DNA of 64,000 nucleotides from an uncultured Acidobacteriota bacterium (lineage in GTDB: Bacteria; Acidobacteriota; Thermoanaerobaculia; UBA5066; DATFVB01). The stretch covers positions 736,001 through 800,000 of the forward strand of contig CAWEYG010000002.1 of NCBI GenBank assembly GCA_963813155.1, read 5' to 3'. The notes under the pieces are model-generated. The model saw only the letters and a list, made by a program, of their open reading frames with translations, searched no databases and was not told the origin of the DNA. A program made the position numbers and the translations under genes. This document shows positions 34,984 through 44,686 of this stretch, one piece after another (position 1 is the first letter of the stretch; every line of letters begins with the position of its first letter).

Positions 34984-37569
34984 ATGAGTCTCGCTGCGGG
35001 AACCCGGCTCGGGCCCTACGAGGTGATCGCGCCGATCGGAGCGGGTGGAATGGGCGAGGTCTACCGCGCCCGCGACACGCGTCTCGGGCGCGAGGTCGCG
35101 GTCAAGGTGCTTCCGCCGGACTTCGCCTCGGACGGGCAGCGGCGCTCGCGGTTCGAACAAGAGGCGCGTGCCGCCTCGGCGTTGAACCATCCGAACATCG
35201 TGACCGTTCATGACGTCGGGGCGGCGGACGGACATCTCTTCGTCGCGATGGAGCTCGTCGATGGCAAGAGCGTGCGCGAACTGCTCGAAAGCGGACGCCT
35301 TCCGGTCAGCCGGTGCCTCGATTTCGGAACGCAGATCGCGGAAGGTCTCGCCCGCGCACACGCCGCGGGCATTGTCCATCGGGACGTGAAGCCCGAGAAC
35401 GTGATGGTCACCAGGGACGGCTTCGTCAAGATCCTCGACTTCGGCCTCGCGAAGATCGCGGCAGGACCGAAGATGGACGCTTCGAACATGCCGACCTCGA
35501 TACCCACGGATGCGGGCACCGTCATGGGAACGGTCGGCTATATGTCGCCCGAGCAGGCGGGGGGACGTTCCGTCGATTTCCGCTCCGACCAGTTCTCGCT
35601 CGGAACGATTCTTTACGAGATGGGGACGGGCAAGAGGCCCTTCCAGCGGGACACCGCCGCCCAGACGATGGCGGCGATCATCCAGGAGGACCCGGAACCG
35701 ATCGCGGCGGCGAACGCGAAGGTCCCCGCGCCGATGCGCTGGATCATCGACCGATGCCTCGCGAAGGAACCGGACGGCCGCTACGCCTCCACGACGGACC
35801 TCGCCCGGGAGCTCAAGAGCCTTCGCGATCACCTGTCGGAAGCGACATCCACTTCGGTTTCCGCCGGTGTATCCACGGCGAAGGTGCGCCGGACATCCTT
35901 CGCGCCGATCGCCCTCGCGGTCGTCATCACCGCAGCGGTGGCCGCTCTTCTCTCAAATCGCCTGACTCTCAGAGCCCACCCGACCGAGGCGGCACCGGTC
36001 TTCCACCGGCTGACTTTCGGCCACGGGACCATCTGGGGCGCGCGCTTTGCTCCGGACGGCGGGACGATCGTCTACTCGGCCGGGTGGAGCGGCGACAAGC
36101 CGACTCTCTACTCCGTCCGCCAGGACAATCTCTTCTCGACCGCGCTGCCGCTCCCTCCCGCGCTCCTCTTCGGAATGTCGCCCCAGAGCGAGCTCGCGAT
36201 CGGCCGTGCTCCGGTGTCCCAGACCACGCTGGTCCAGATCGGCACCCTTGCGCGTTCGCCGCTCTCCGGAGGTGCGCCTCGCGACCTCGAGGAGAAGGTC
36301 GTAGCCGCCGACTGGGCGCCGGATGGCCAGTCGCTCGCGGTCGCGCGCGACATCGGGGGACGATTCGGCCTGTTCTACCCGGAAGATCACCTTCTCTACG
36401 AGAGCTCCGGGTGGATCAGCAGCATCCGATTCTCGCCCGACGGGAAGCAGATCGCCTTCCTCGATCACCCGCCCGGGGGCGATGCCGGCGAGGTCATCGT
36501 CGCCGCGGCGGACGGCAAGGAGAAGCCGCGCACGATCGCAAAGGATTTCATCAGCGTCCAGGGCCTTGCCTGGCGGTCCGACGGCAGCGAGATCTGGGTC
36601 ACCGGGACGACGTCGGGGATCGCACGATACCTGGTCGCGATCACGCTCCTGGGAAAAATTCGCACCGTCTACCGCGTCCCCGCAACGTTCACGATCCACG
36701 ACCTCGGCAAAGATGGCCGGGCGCTCATCACCGAGGACGACTACCGGAACGCGACGTTTCGGGGCGGAAACGGAGGTCCCGAGCGAGACCTCTCCGCTCT
36801 CGACTGGGCGGCGCCGGGCGGACTCTCGCGGGACGGGTCCCTCGTGAGCTTCGACGAGAGCGGCGAAGGCGGCGGCGACAAGGGAGCCGTGTACATCCGG
36901 AAGACGGATGGATCGCCCCCGGTTCTCCTGGGCACGGGAGCGTCGGGCGGAATCTCTTCCGACGGCGCGTGGGTCGCGCTGCTCTCGACCGACAGTCGTA
37001 CCGTTTCCGTCTACCCGACGGGCGCCGGTAAGTCGAAGACGTTCCCGCTCACCATGATCGGCGGAAAACCGCAGTTCGTCCGCGATGACAAAGCGCTCTG
37101 CTTCTTCGGGGTCGAAAAGGGACACGGACCCCGGCTCTACGTCCTCGACCTCGCCACCGGCAAGACTCGGCCCATATCGGAAGAGGGAATTCGCTCCATC
37201 TCGTACATCCCCGTGTCTCCCGACGGTCGATCGGTGCTCGCGCCGAGTCGCGACGGGCTCCTCGCGAGCTATCCGATCGACGGCGGCCCGGCACGGCCGA
37301 TCAAGGGTTCGGAGAAGGGAGATACCTCTGTGGGGTGGAGCGCCGACGGCGCAAACGTCCTGGTGGGTCGCCGCGGTGAAAACCCCTTCCCGATCTACCG
37401 GATCGATCTCGCCAGCGGAAAACGCACCCTCTGGAAGCAGATCTCCCCTCCCGACCCGGGCGGGATCACCGGGATCGCCCCCGTCATCGTGACGCCCGGC
37501 GGGGACTCGTACGTGTACAGCGCGACCCGGATCCTTTCGACGCTGTATCTCGTGGAGGGACTGAAGTGA
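34984..37569 (+). CDS. Ser/Thr protein kinase + TM + beta-propeller (K7)
   Basis: HRDVKPEN, DFG; TM FAPIALAVVITAAVAALL; ends LSTLYLVEGLK; RBS AGGAGG. Confidence 0.95.
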   Translation: MSLAAGTRLGPYEVIAPIGAGGMGEVYRARDTRLGREVAVKVLPPDFASDGQRRSRFEQEARAASALNHPNIVTVHDVGAADGHLFVAMELVDGKSVRELLESGRLPVSRCLDFGTQIAEGLARAHAAGIVHRDVKPENVMVTRDGFVKILDFGLAKIAAGPKMDASNMPTSIPTDAGTVMGTVGYMSPEQAGGRSVDFRSDQFSLGTILYEMGTGKRPFQRDTAAQTMAAIIQEDPEPIAAANAKVPAPMRWIIDRCLAKEPDGRYASTTDLARELKSLRDHLSEATSTSVSAGVSTAKVRRTSFAPIALAVVITAAVAALLSNRLTLRAHPTEAAPVFHRLTFGHGTIWGARFAPDGGTIVYSAGWSGDKPTLYSVRQDNLFSTALPLPPALLFGMSPQSELAIGRAPVSQTTLVQIGTLARSPLSGGAPRDLEEKVVAADWAPDGQSLAVARDIGGRFGLFYPEDHLLYESSGWISSIRFSPDGKQIAFLDHPPGGDAGEVIVAAADGKEKPRTIAKDFISVQGLAWRSDGSEIWVTGTTSGIARYLVAITLLGKIRTVYRVPATFTIHDLGKDGRALITEDDYRNATFRGGNGGPERDLSALDWAAPGGLSRDGSLVSFDESGEGGGDKGAVYIRKTDGSPPVLLGTGASGGISSDGAWVALLSTDSRTVSVYPTGAGKSKTFPLTMIGGKPQFVRDDKALCFFGVEKGHGPRLYVLDLATGKTRPISEEGIRSISYIPVSPDGRSVLAPSRDGLLASYPIDGGPARPIKGSEKGDTSVGWSADGANVLVGRRGENPFPIYRIDLASGKRTLWKQISPPDPGGITGIAPVIVTPGGDSYVYSATRILSTLYLVEGLK

Positions 37570-37612
37570 TCCGCCTTCCTTCGGAGTCCCGGCGGATGGA
37601 GAAAACTCAGTC

Positions 37613-39370
37613 GTGAAGACGCTTCTGTTGTTCCTGACGATCGCCGCCGTCGCCGCCCCCCTCGCCGCGGCGGCGCCTCCTTCCGACGCTTCGGCAAAGC
37701 TCCACGACCTCTTCGATCGCGAATGGAAATGGCGCCTCGCGGAGCACCCGCTGTTTGCCACCTCGGTCGGCGTCCACGATTACGACGACCGGCTCGGCGC
37801 TGTGGCGGCGGCCGACGAGGCCCGGCGCGCCGAAGCGACGAAGGCCTTTCTCGTCGAGCTGCGGGCGATCCCGCGGGACATTCTCTCCAACGAAGATCGG
37901 ATCGACACAGAGATTTTTTCGCGGCAGCTCGAGGACCGGATCGAGTCTTTCCGTTTTCGCGAATACGAGATCCCCCTGTCCGCCGATTGGGGCTTCCACA
38001 CGACGCTGACGCGTCTTCCCGAGGAGATGCCGTTCTCGACCCCGCGCGAATATGAGAACTACGTCTCGCGCCTGAACGCGATTCCGAATTTCGTCGACGA
38101 GCACATCTCGGTCATGCGCGAGGGTCTCGCGCGCGGCATGACGCTGCCCAAGGTCGTGCTCGCGGGAATCGACGAGACGATGACGGCACACGTCGTAAAA
38201 GACGCCGAGAAGAGCGTCTGGTGGAAACCATTCGCGCGATTTCCCGCGACGTTCACGGCAGAGGAAAAAACGAGGCTCGAAGCCGAAGGCCGCCGGGCGA
38301 TTCTCGACTCGGCCGTGCCCGCGTTCGCGAAGCTCGCGGACTTCATGGTCAAGGACTACATTCCGCGCGCGCGGACGTCGATCGCGACGGCCGATCTGCC
38401 CGACGGCCGCGCGTACTACGAGTTCCTGCTCCGCCGTTTCACGACGCTTCCCCTGACCGCCGAAGAGATTCATCGGACGGGACTCTCCGAAGTGGACCGA
38501 ATCCAGAAGGAGATGGACGGCGTCATCCGCGAGGTCGGGTTCCAGGGGGACTTTCAGGCGTTTCTCGAATTCCTCCGGACCGACCCGCGCTTCTACGCGA
38601 AGACGCCCGACGAGCTGCTCGAGCGCGCTGCGTGGATCTGCAAACAGATGGACGGCAAGCTCCCGTCGCTCTTCCGAACGCTTCCCCGTCTGCCCTACGG
38701 CGTCGCACCCGTTCCTCCGGAGATCGCGCCGAAGTTCACGGGCGGGCGCTACGTCGAATCGCCCGTGGGCTCGACCCGGCCGGGCTACTTCTGGGTCAAT
38801 ACCTACCAGCTCGACCACCGCCCCCTCTACACGCTCGAGGCGCTCGCGTTCCACGAATCCGTCCCCGGCCACCATCTTCAAATCGCGCTCTCGCAGGAGC
38901 AGAGGGACCTCCCCGACTTTCGCCGGTTTTCCTACATCTCGACGTTCGGCGAAGGATGGGGGCTCTATTGCGAGCACCTCGGGCTCGAGGCCGGCTTCTA
39001 CAGGGACCCGTACAGCAACTTCGGCCGGCTCACCTACGAGATGTGGCGCGCGTGCCGCCTCGTCGTCGACACGGGCATGCACGCGATGGGATGGTCGCGC
39101 GAGAAGGCCCTCGATTACATGGGCTCGCACACCGCGCTCTCGCTTCACGAGGTGCAGACCGAGACGGACCGCTACATCGCGACGCCGGGACAGGCCGTTT
39201 CGTACAAGATCGGCGAGCTCACGATCCGCCGGCTCCGGACGAAGGCCGAAGAGGCGCTCGGAAAGAAGTTCGACGTCCGCGAGTTTCACGACGCCGTCCT
39301 TCTGCACGGCTCGGTCCCGATGCCGGTCCTCGAGGAACAGATCGACCGCTACATCGCGGCGAACAGGTAA
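37613..39370 (+). CDS. DUF885 family exported protein
   Basis: Signal peptide; HESVPGHHLQ, EGWGLYCE, WRACRLVVDTGMH, PGQAVSYKIG motifs. Confidence 0.92.
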   Translation: MKTLLLFLTIAAVAAPLAAAAPPSDASAKLHDLFDREWKWRLAEHPLFATSVGVHDYDDRLGAVAAADEARRAEATKAFLVELRAIPRDILSNEDRIDTEIFSRQLEDRIESFRFREYEIPLSADWGFHTTLTRLPEEMPFSTPREYENYVSRLNAIPNFVDEHISVMREGLARGMTLPKVVLAGIDETMTAHVVKDAEKSVWWKPFARFPATFTAEEKTRLEAEGRRAILDSAVPAFAKLADFMVKDYIPRARTSIATADLPDGRAYYEFLLRRFTTLPLTAEEIHRTGLSEVDRIQKEMDGVIREVGFQGDFQAFLEFLRTDPRFYAKTPDELLERAAWICKQMDGKLPSLFRTLPRLPYGVAPVPPEIAPKFTGGRYVESPVGSTRPGYFWVNTYQLDHRPLYTLEALAFHESVPGHHLQIALSQEQRDLPDFRRFSYISTFGEGWGLYCEHLGLEAGFYRDPYSNFGRLTYEMWRACRLVVDTGMHAMGWSREKALDYMGSHTALSLHEVQTETDRYIATPGQAVSYKIGELTIRRLRTKAEEALGKKFDVREFHDAVLLHGSVPMPVLEEQIDRYIAANR

Positions 39371-39400
39371 GCCGGCCACGCCGGCGCTGAAGGAGAAAAC

Positions 39401-40495
39401 GTGGTGAAAAGAATTTCCGCTCTCGGATGTTGCGCCCTTCTCACGGCCCTGTCCGCGTTCGCGGCCCAGCCGCCGAGGAAGACGCCGTCGCCGGAGATTC
39501 CGGCCGAGAAGTTCTACAAGAACATCCAGGTCTTCCAGGGCCTGCCGTCGACGGAGCTCATGCCCGCGATGAGCTTCATGGCCAACTCGCTCGGCGTGAA
39601 GTGCTCTTTCTGCCACGTCACCGACAACACCGGGAGATGGCCGATGGAGCGCGACGACAAGGCCGCGAAAGGGAAGGCTCGCGAGATGATCCGCATGATG
39701 AGGGAGATCAACAAGGCCAACTTCCCGGGGCGACTCGCCGTCACGTGCGCGACCTGCCACCACGGTTCGCACGACCCGGTCTCGACTCCCCCGCTCCTCG
39801 CGGAATCGGCCGCGGCACACCCCGCCTCCGCGGCGGCCGCGCCGGCGGAACCCTCCGTCGACGCCGTGCTGTCGAAGTCCATCGCGGCCGTCGGCGGAAA
39901 GGAGGCCATCGAGAAGATTCACACACGCCGCCTGCGCGGCAGCTTCACCGGCGGCGACGGCGAGCCGCATCCGATCGAGATCTCACAGACCTCTTCGGGC
40001 AAATACCGAAGCTCGGTTTCGCTCAAGGACGGCGCTTTCACGATCGTGTTCGACGGAAAGGCGGGAACGACCGGCGGGCCCACCTGGAACAACCCGATGG
40101 AGCCGTCGGAGATCGAACGGATCCGCTGGCGCGCGGACCTGTTCCCCGCAGCCGACCTCAAATCCCGTTTCCCGACTCTCGCCGTTCGAGGCCGGGAAAG
40201 CGTCGGCGGAAGGGACGCGTGGATCCTCCAGGCGCGGGACGCCGATGGGAAGAAGGCGACCTTCTGGTTCGACGCCGAAGACGGCCTTCTCCTGAGGACC
40301 CTCCGCTTCCAGCGCACGGCCCTCGGCGACACTCCGGAACAGGCGGACTACTCGGACTATCGGGACGTCGACGGTGTGAAGGTGCCGTTCACGATCCGAC
40401 ACACGGCGCCCGATCGCACCGACACGATCGCGGCCACCGAGCTGAAGCAGAACGTCGAAATCGACGAGAAGGCCTTCGCCCCGCCGAAGTCCTGA
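39401..40495 (+). CDS. Diheme c-type cytochrome (photosynthetic RC cytochrome c-like N-domain) fused to a LolA-like beta domain
   Basis: Signal peptide; KNIQV...M...SLGVKCSFCH, AREMIRM, TCATCHHG; C-terminal YSDYRDVDGVKVPF motif. Confidence 0.75.
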   Translation: MVKRISALGCCALLTALSAFAAQPPRKTPSPEIPAEKFYKNIQVFQGLPSTELMPAMSFMANSLGVKCSFCHVTDNTGRWPMERDDKAAKGKAREMIRMMREINKANFPGRLAVTCATCHHGSHDPVSTPPLLAESAAAHPASAAAAPAEPSVDAVLSKSIAAVGGKEAIEKIHTRRLRGSFTGGDGEPHPIEISQTSSGKYRSSVSLKDGAFTIVFDGKAGTTGGPTWNNPMEPSEIERIRWRADLFPAADLKSRFPTLAVRGRESVGGRDAWILQARDADGKKATFWFDAEDGLLLRTLRFQRTALGDTPEQADYSDYRDVDGVKVPFTIRHTAPDRTDTIAATELKQNVEIDEKAFAPPKS

Positions 40496-40521
40496 CCTGG
40501 GCACTACGAGGCGCGGCGAGA

Positions 40522-40640
40522 GCCGAGCGGGTCCTGTCACGGCACTCGACCCGCTTTTCCGCTCGCCGCAAGCCTGAGGACTTTGCTACACCCGCGTCGC
40601 GAGCGGCAAAAGGGGTCTCGCGCCGGGCCACCCGCTCGGC
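40522..40640 (-). repeat. Dispersed long-hairpin element, copy 2
   Basis: 11 bp terminal inverted repeat GCCGAGCGGGT/ACCCGCTCGGC; homologous to 11693-11806. Confidence 0.85.
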
Positions 40641-40696
40641 GTCGTTTCGCTACCGCTATTTATCCGCGGCTTTCTCGCTCTGTTCGCGGATTTTTT

Positions 40697-42694
40697 TCAG
40701 CTCACTCTCGGGAAGAATCCCGACAGGGTCTTGAACGCCAGTCCCTTCTCGATCGGCTGGCCGAAGGCCTCCGGATGCACGTACAGGCCCCTTTCGCCGT
40801 CCGGCTTCTCGGCTTCGACCGACATGGGGTTGCGCGCCGAATAGGCGTCGTGCCGGATTCCCGTCACCTGCCACGACACTTTGAGGCCGGGCGTCCCGCC
40901 GGCGATCCTGAAACGGTTGTTCTGGACTTCTTCAGCGATGTAGAGGTCGCGCCCCGGCGCCCCCACGGGGGTCAGCTGATAGCGGAACTCTTCGTTCAGG
41001 GATTGGAACCAATCGGGGAGGACGACGATCGCCGCCCCTTTCGAGTCGAGCAGTGCCATTCCGTTGTAGATGTTCATCCTGTCTGCCGATTCGACGACCG
41101 AGTGGTAGAGATATTTGTTCTCGGGATCGAGGGGATGATCGAAGCGAACGACCGTGTCCGATGCGTGCACGGTTCCGTTGATCTCGATGCTGCCGTCGAA
41201 TCGTCCGGCATAACTGAGATTTGTTCCCGACGCGAATCCGTAAACGCCGGCGCGAACGTCCCCCGCGGTGTACGCCAATCCCTGAACACCGTACGAGAAC
41301 GTCGTGGGGCTGCCCGCGGCGAGCACGCCGTTGCCGCTGACTCCGACGGCGCCGGTACCGTAAACGCCGTAATTAAAGTTGTCCCCTCCCGAGCTCGCGT
41401 GCGAGGAGGTCCCGTACACCCCGACCCCGTGAGCGCTGTCGCCCCAGATTCCGGTCGGGAAAAGGAGCTCGCCTCCGGCCCCTCCGCCTTCGACTCCGTA
41501 GACTCCCGCCGTTCCCTGCTCGATGCTGACGGTCGATCCGACCGCGCCAAAGTAGATGAGCGTGTCCGCGCTCCCGAGCTCGCCCCACGCAATCGAGTGA
41601 CCCCCGGCGGCGACTTGCCCGTAGACCCCCACCCCGACGCCGCTCCCGGAGATGGCCGGAACTGGGGGATTCGCGGAATCGGTCGTCGAAGCCGCGATGG
41701 CGATCCGCGGACCCGCGATCGTGACGTTTGTCGGTCCATTGGAAAGGGTCAGCGGGGCGGAAACGCTGCCCCCTCCCCCGCCGCCCGAAGCGTTGATGAC
41801 GATGTTGTTGCCGGAGCCTCCGAGCGTCACGTTCGAGCCGGCGGTCAGCGTGACCGCTCCGGTGAGCCCGTTCAGACTCGTCACGCCGGCGCTGCCGAGG
41901 AGCGCGTCGCGAAAGCTCATCTCGAAGCCCGACTGGTCCTGCGGCGCGCCGTTTCCGACCTGCGAGCCCGCGAAGAGCGCGGTCCCCGAGCCCGCCGTCA
42001 CGGTCGCCACGAGACGCGCGTTCGTGGTCGACGCCGCGGGAGCCAGCGCGCCGGCCGAGAGAAGAAGGTGTTCATACGCGAGCAGCGGAAAGTCCGCCGC
42101 GCCGAGCGGAGCGCCCGAGCCGTCGAGCGCCTGAACGTGCACCGTGCACGCGCTGCCGGACGTTTCCAGGAGCACGTAGTTGTAGCGGAAGTCGAGCCCC
42201 GATCCGAGGTAGACGCCCTGGAGCGTCGCCGACTGCCCGAGGCCGATCGAAAACCCCTTCGGGATGCCCGAGAAAAACTGCCCGGCCGTCTGCGAAAGGG
42301 GAACGCCCGCCGGCCGGTTGTAGATCCGCTCGGACACGAAGATTTCTCCGTTCGACAGGATGCGAGCCGCGCCGTTGGCGTTCGTCAGGTGAAGCTGCGT
42401 TCCCACGACGTCGCTGTAGCGTTTCGTCTGCCCCGGCGAGAGCGTGTCGGAAAAGGACGCCGGGCTCAGGTTCGCCTGGCCGGCGCGCAGGAACTGAAAC
42501 GTGAACGTCACGGGCGAAGCGCTCACGTCGGTGACCCAGACATCCGACAGGAACTGGGCGCCCCCCGCTCCCTGGGGATTGCCGATCGCGGCAAGGTAAG
42601 TCTCCGTGCCGGCGAAACCGGCGAAGGCCACGCTCGCGGACAGAACCGCGCACGCGATCAGCAAAGCAACACGAAGAACGACGATGGGCTTCAT
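40697..42694 (-). CDS. Exported Gly-rich tail-fibre/adhesin-like protein (paralog A)
   Basis: Signal peptide; AGVTSLNGLTGAVTL stalk-like motif; GVYG repeats; C-terminal FDHPLDPENKYLYHSVVES domain; RBS GGAGG. Confidence 0.75.
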   Translation of the reverse strand: MKPIVVLRVALLIACAVLSASVAFAGFAGTETYLAAIGNPQGAGGAQFLSDVWVTDVSASPVTFTFQFLRAGQANLSPASFSDTLSPGQTKRYSDVVGTQLHLTNANGAARILSNGEIFVSERIYNRPAGVPLSQTAGQFFSGIPKGFSIGLGQSATLQGVYLGSGLDFRYNYVLLETSGSACTVHVQALDGSGAPLGAADFPLLAYEHLLLSAGALAPAASTTNARLVATVTAGSGTALFAGSQVGNGAPQDQSGFEMSFRDALLGSAGVTSLNGLTGAVTLTAGSNVTLGGSGNNIVINASGGGGGGSVSAPLTLSNGPTNVTIAGPRIAIAASTTDSANPPVPAISGSGVGVGVYGQVAAGGHSIAWGELGSADTLIYFGAVGSTVSIEQGTAGVYGVEGGGAGGELLFPTGIWGDSAHGVGVYGTSSHASSGGDNFNYGVYGTGAVGVSGNGVLAAGSPTTFSYGVQGLAYTAGDVRAGVYGFASGTNLSYAGRFDGSIEINGTVHASDTVVRFDHPLDPENKYLYHSVVESADRMNIYNGMALLDSKGAAIVVLPDWFQSLNEEFRYQLTPVGAPGRDLYIAEEVQNNRFRIAGGTPGLKVSWQVTGIRHDAYSARNPMSVEAEKPDGERGLYVHPEAFGQPIEKGLAFKTLSGFFPRVS

Positions 42695-42744
42695 TCCGAG
42701 ACCTCCTGCAGAGAAATTGAGGAGATCTTACCGCCGAACCGCTC

Positions 42745-43014
42745 TTACTTCTTCTTGCCGGCCTCGGTGATCAGGGCGCTCAGCGCGGCGTGCTCCTCGG
42801 CGGTGTCCCGATTCTCGGCCTCGAGGTTCGCGATGTGCGCCGTGATGCTTTCGATGTCGTAGAAGACGATCGCGGAACTTCCGCCGTCCGGCTGCAAGTA
42901 CTCGATTCGCGCGCCAACGTCGTCGTCTTCGCGAACGAGACCGACGAAGCGGGCGGAGGGAGCGGGCGCGACGGCTTCGGGAGAGGGGCGTTCGGGTTCC
43001 ACGACGGGCAGCAT
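42745..43014 (-). CDS. Small hypothetical protein
   Basis: Fills the gap between LysR and paralog A with plausible codon usage; no recognisable motif. Confidence 0.45.
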   Translation of the reverse strand: MLPVVEPERPSPEAVAPAPSARFVGLVREDDDVGARIEYLQPDGGSSAIVFYDIESITAHIANLEAENRDTAEEHAALSALITEAGKKK

Positions 43015-43041
43015 ACGCTCTCGCGGCGAACGGCGCTCAAT

Positions 43042-43989
43042 CTATTTCCGTGACGAGACACTGGCCTCCGCAGTCGCGGTCAGTTGCAGCCCTCGCCGGG
43101 GCGAGCCGCGCAAAGCGTCGATCAGGTCGTCGACCACCGCCGAGCCGGCCGCGCCCGGCGCGAGCACGGCGCGCAGCGCCACTCCGGGCAGCGCGGGACG
43201 GACGCGCACTTCGGCGAGCACGCCGTTGCGCAGCTCGGGCTCGACGGCATGCTCCGGCAACAGGCCGAGCGCCGTTCCGCCTCCCAGGATCCCCCGCTTC
43301 ACGCCCTCGATGGTCCCCATCGCCTGCATCCGCGGAGCCGGAACCCCGGCCGCCTCGAAGTGCTGCAGGAGCGCCTGATGGTAGTTTCCCCCCGCGTCGC
43401 ACATGTAGAAGTCGCAGCGGCGCAGCTCGTCCGCCGGAGCGACCCCCCGCGCCAGCGGGTGCGCCGGGGCGGCGAGGATCAACAGGCGCGCCTTCGCCAG
43501 GATCGCGCCGGCCCCGGGCCCCGTTTCCGGCTCGAGCACCAGGCCGACGTCGCTCTCGCCCGCGGCGACCCGTTCCCGGATCTCGCCGCAGCTCCCGGTG
43601 AGAACTTCCACGCGCACGGCCGGCCAGCGCTCGTGTAGGGACGCGAGCCGCGACGGGAGCACATAGGCGCCGATCGACTCGACGGCGGAGACCACGAGAG
43701 TGGCCTTGACGCGGGTCGACGCGTCGGCGAGAGCCCCGACGAGCTCGCTGCTCAGCGCGAACATGCGCCGCGCGTACCCGAGCAGGACCTCGCCCGACGG
43801 CGTCAGAGCCGGCGCCCCTTTGGCCGCCCTGTGAAACAGCTCGACGCCCACCGCGCGCTCCAGCGCGCTCAAGGTTTCGGAAACCGTCGACTGCGAGATG
43901 CCGAGCGCTCGAGCCGCTCGAGTGTGCGTCCCGGCATCGACGACCGCCGCGAAGACGCGCAGGTGCCGCAATTCCAGCTCGGTCTTCAC
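43042..43989 (-). CDS. LysR family transcriptional regulator
   Basis: ELRHLRVFAAVV...TRAARALGISQSTVS..LSALE...GVELF.R HTH; divergent from the isochorismatase gene. Confidence 0.93.
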   Translation of the reverse strand: MKTELELRHLRVFAAVVDAGTHTRAARALGISQSTVSETLSALERAVGVELFHRAAKGAPALTPSGEVLLGYARRMFALSSELVGALADASTRVKATLVVSAVESIGAYVLPSRLASLHERWPAVRVEVLTGSCGEIRERVAAGESDVGLVLEPETGPGAGAILAKARLLILAAPAHPLARGVAPADELRRCDFYMCDAGGNYHQALLQHFEAAGVPAPRMQAMGTIEGVKRGILGGGTALGLLPEHAVEPELRNGVLAEVRVRPALPGVALRAVLAPGAAGSAVVDDLIDALRGSPRRGLQLTATAEASVSSRK

Positions 43990-44028
43990 CGCGCGAATTT
44001 ATCATCCACATCCAGGCAGGCTGCGATT

Positions 44029-44045
44029 CATCGGCCCCGCCGATG
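44029..44045. promoter_or_regulatory. Putative LysR binding site
   Basis: Dyad CATCGG-CCCCG-CCGATG containing a T-N11-A box in the divergent intergenic region. Confidence 0.65.
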
Positions 44046-44095
44046 GACGGCATCGGCGTTTTGGCGCGCGGGCGAGCCGCCCGTACGGTTCCACC

Positions 44096-44686
44096 ATGCT
44101 TCTGCCCGAACCCTCGGCCACCCTGCTGGTCGTCGATCTCCAGCGCGGCTTCGACGACCGGTACTGGGGCCGGCGCAACAACCCGGCCCTCGAGCAGCGC
44201 GCCTCCGAGTTGCTGCGCGCGTGGCGCGCGGCCGGGCGCCCGGTCGTGCACGTGCGGCACATGTCCACCGAGCCGCTGTCGCCGCTCCGGCCCGGTCAGC
44301 CCGGAAACGAATTCAAGCCCGAAGCAGCTCCCGCCACCGGCGAGACGGTGATCGAAAAGAGCGTCAACAGCGCCTTCATCGGCACATCGCTCGAGACCGA
44401 CCTGCGGCGCGCCGGCTGTCGCGGGCTGGTGATCGCGGGGCTCACCACGAATCACTGCGTCTCGACGACCGCGCGCATGGCCGGCAACCTGGGCTTCGCG
44501 ACATGGGTCGTGTCCGACGCCACGGCCGCGTTCGATCGCCTCGGCCCGGACGGCGTCCTGCGTTCCGCCGAGCAGATTCACGCGATCGCGCTGTCGGACC
44601 TTCACGGCGAATTCGCCACCGTGGTCAACACGGGGACGGTGATCGCCGCTTTGCAGACTCCCGTTTCCTCAAGGAGGGCATCATGA
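44096..44686 (+). CDS. Cysteine hydrolase / isochorismatase family
   Basis: LLVVDLQRGF (Asp), VIEKSVNSAF (Lys), GLTTNHCVSTTAR (Cys). Confidence 0.92.
   Translation: MLLPEPSATLLVVDLQRGFDDRYWGRRNNPALEQRASELLRAWRAAGRPVVHVRHMSTEPLSPLRPGQPGNEFKPEAAPATGETVIEKSVNSAFIGTSLETDLRRAGCRGLVIAGLTTNHCVSTTARMAGNLGFATWVVSDATAAFDRLGPDGVLRSAEQIHAIALSDLHGEFATVVNTGTVIAALQTPVSSRRAS

Noticed and set aside
17449-39970. Long antisense and alternate-frame ORFs over the kinase array and elsewhere (e.g. 21773-23995, 37607-39970, 40583-42862)
   Set aside because: Shadow ORFs expected in high-GC coding DNA; Arg/Pro/Gly-rich, without motifs, and fully overlapping well-supported genes.
39401-40495. Evidence for phototrophy from the RC-cytochrome-like domain
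   Set aside because: Only two hemes and no puf/psc/bch genes in the window; this domain occurs in non-phototrophs.
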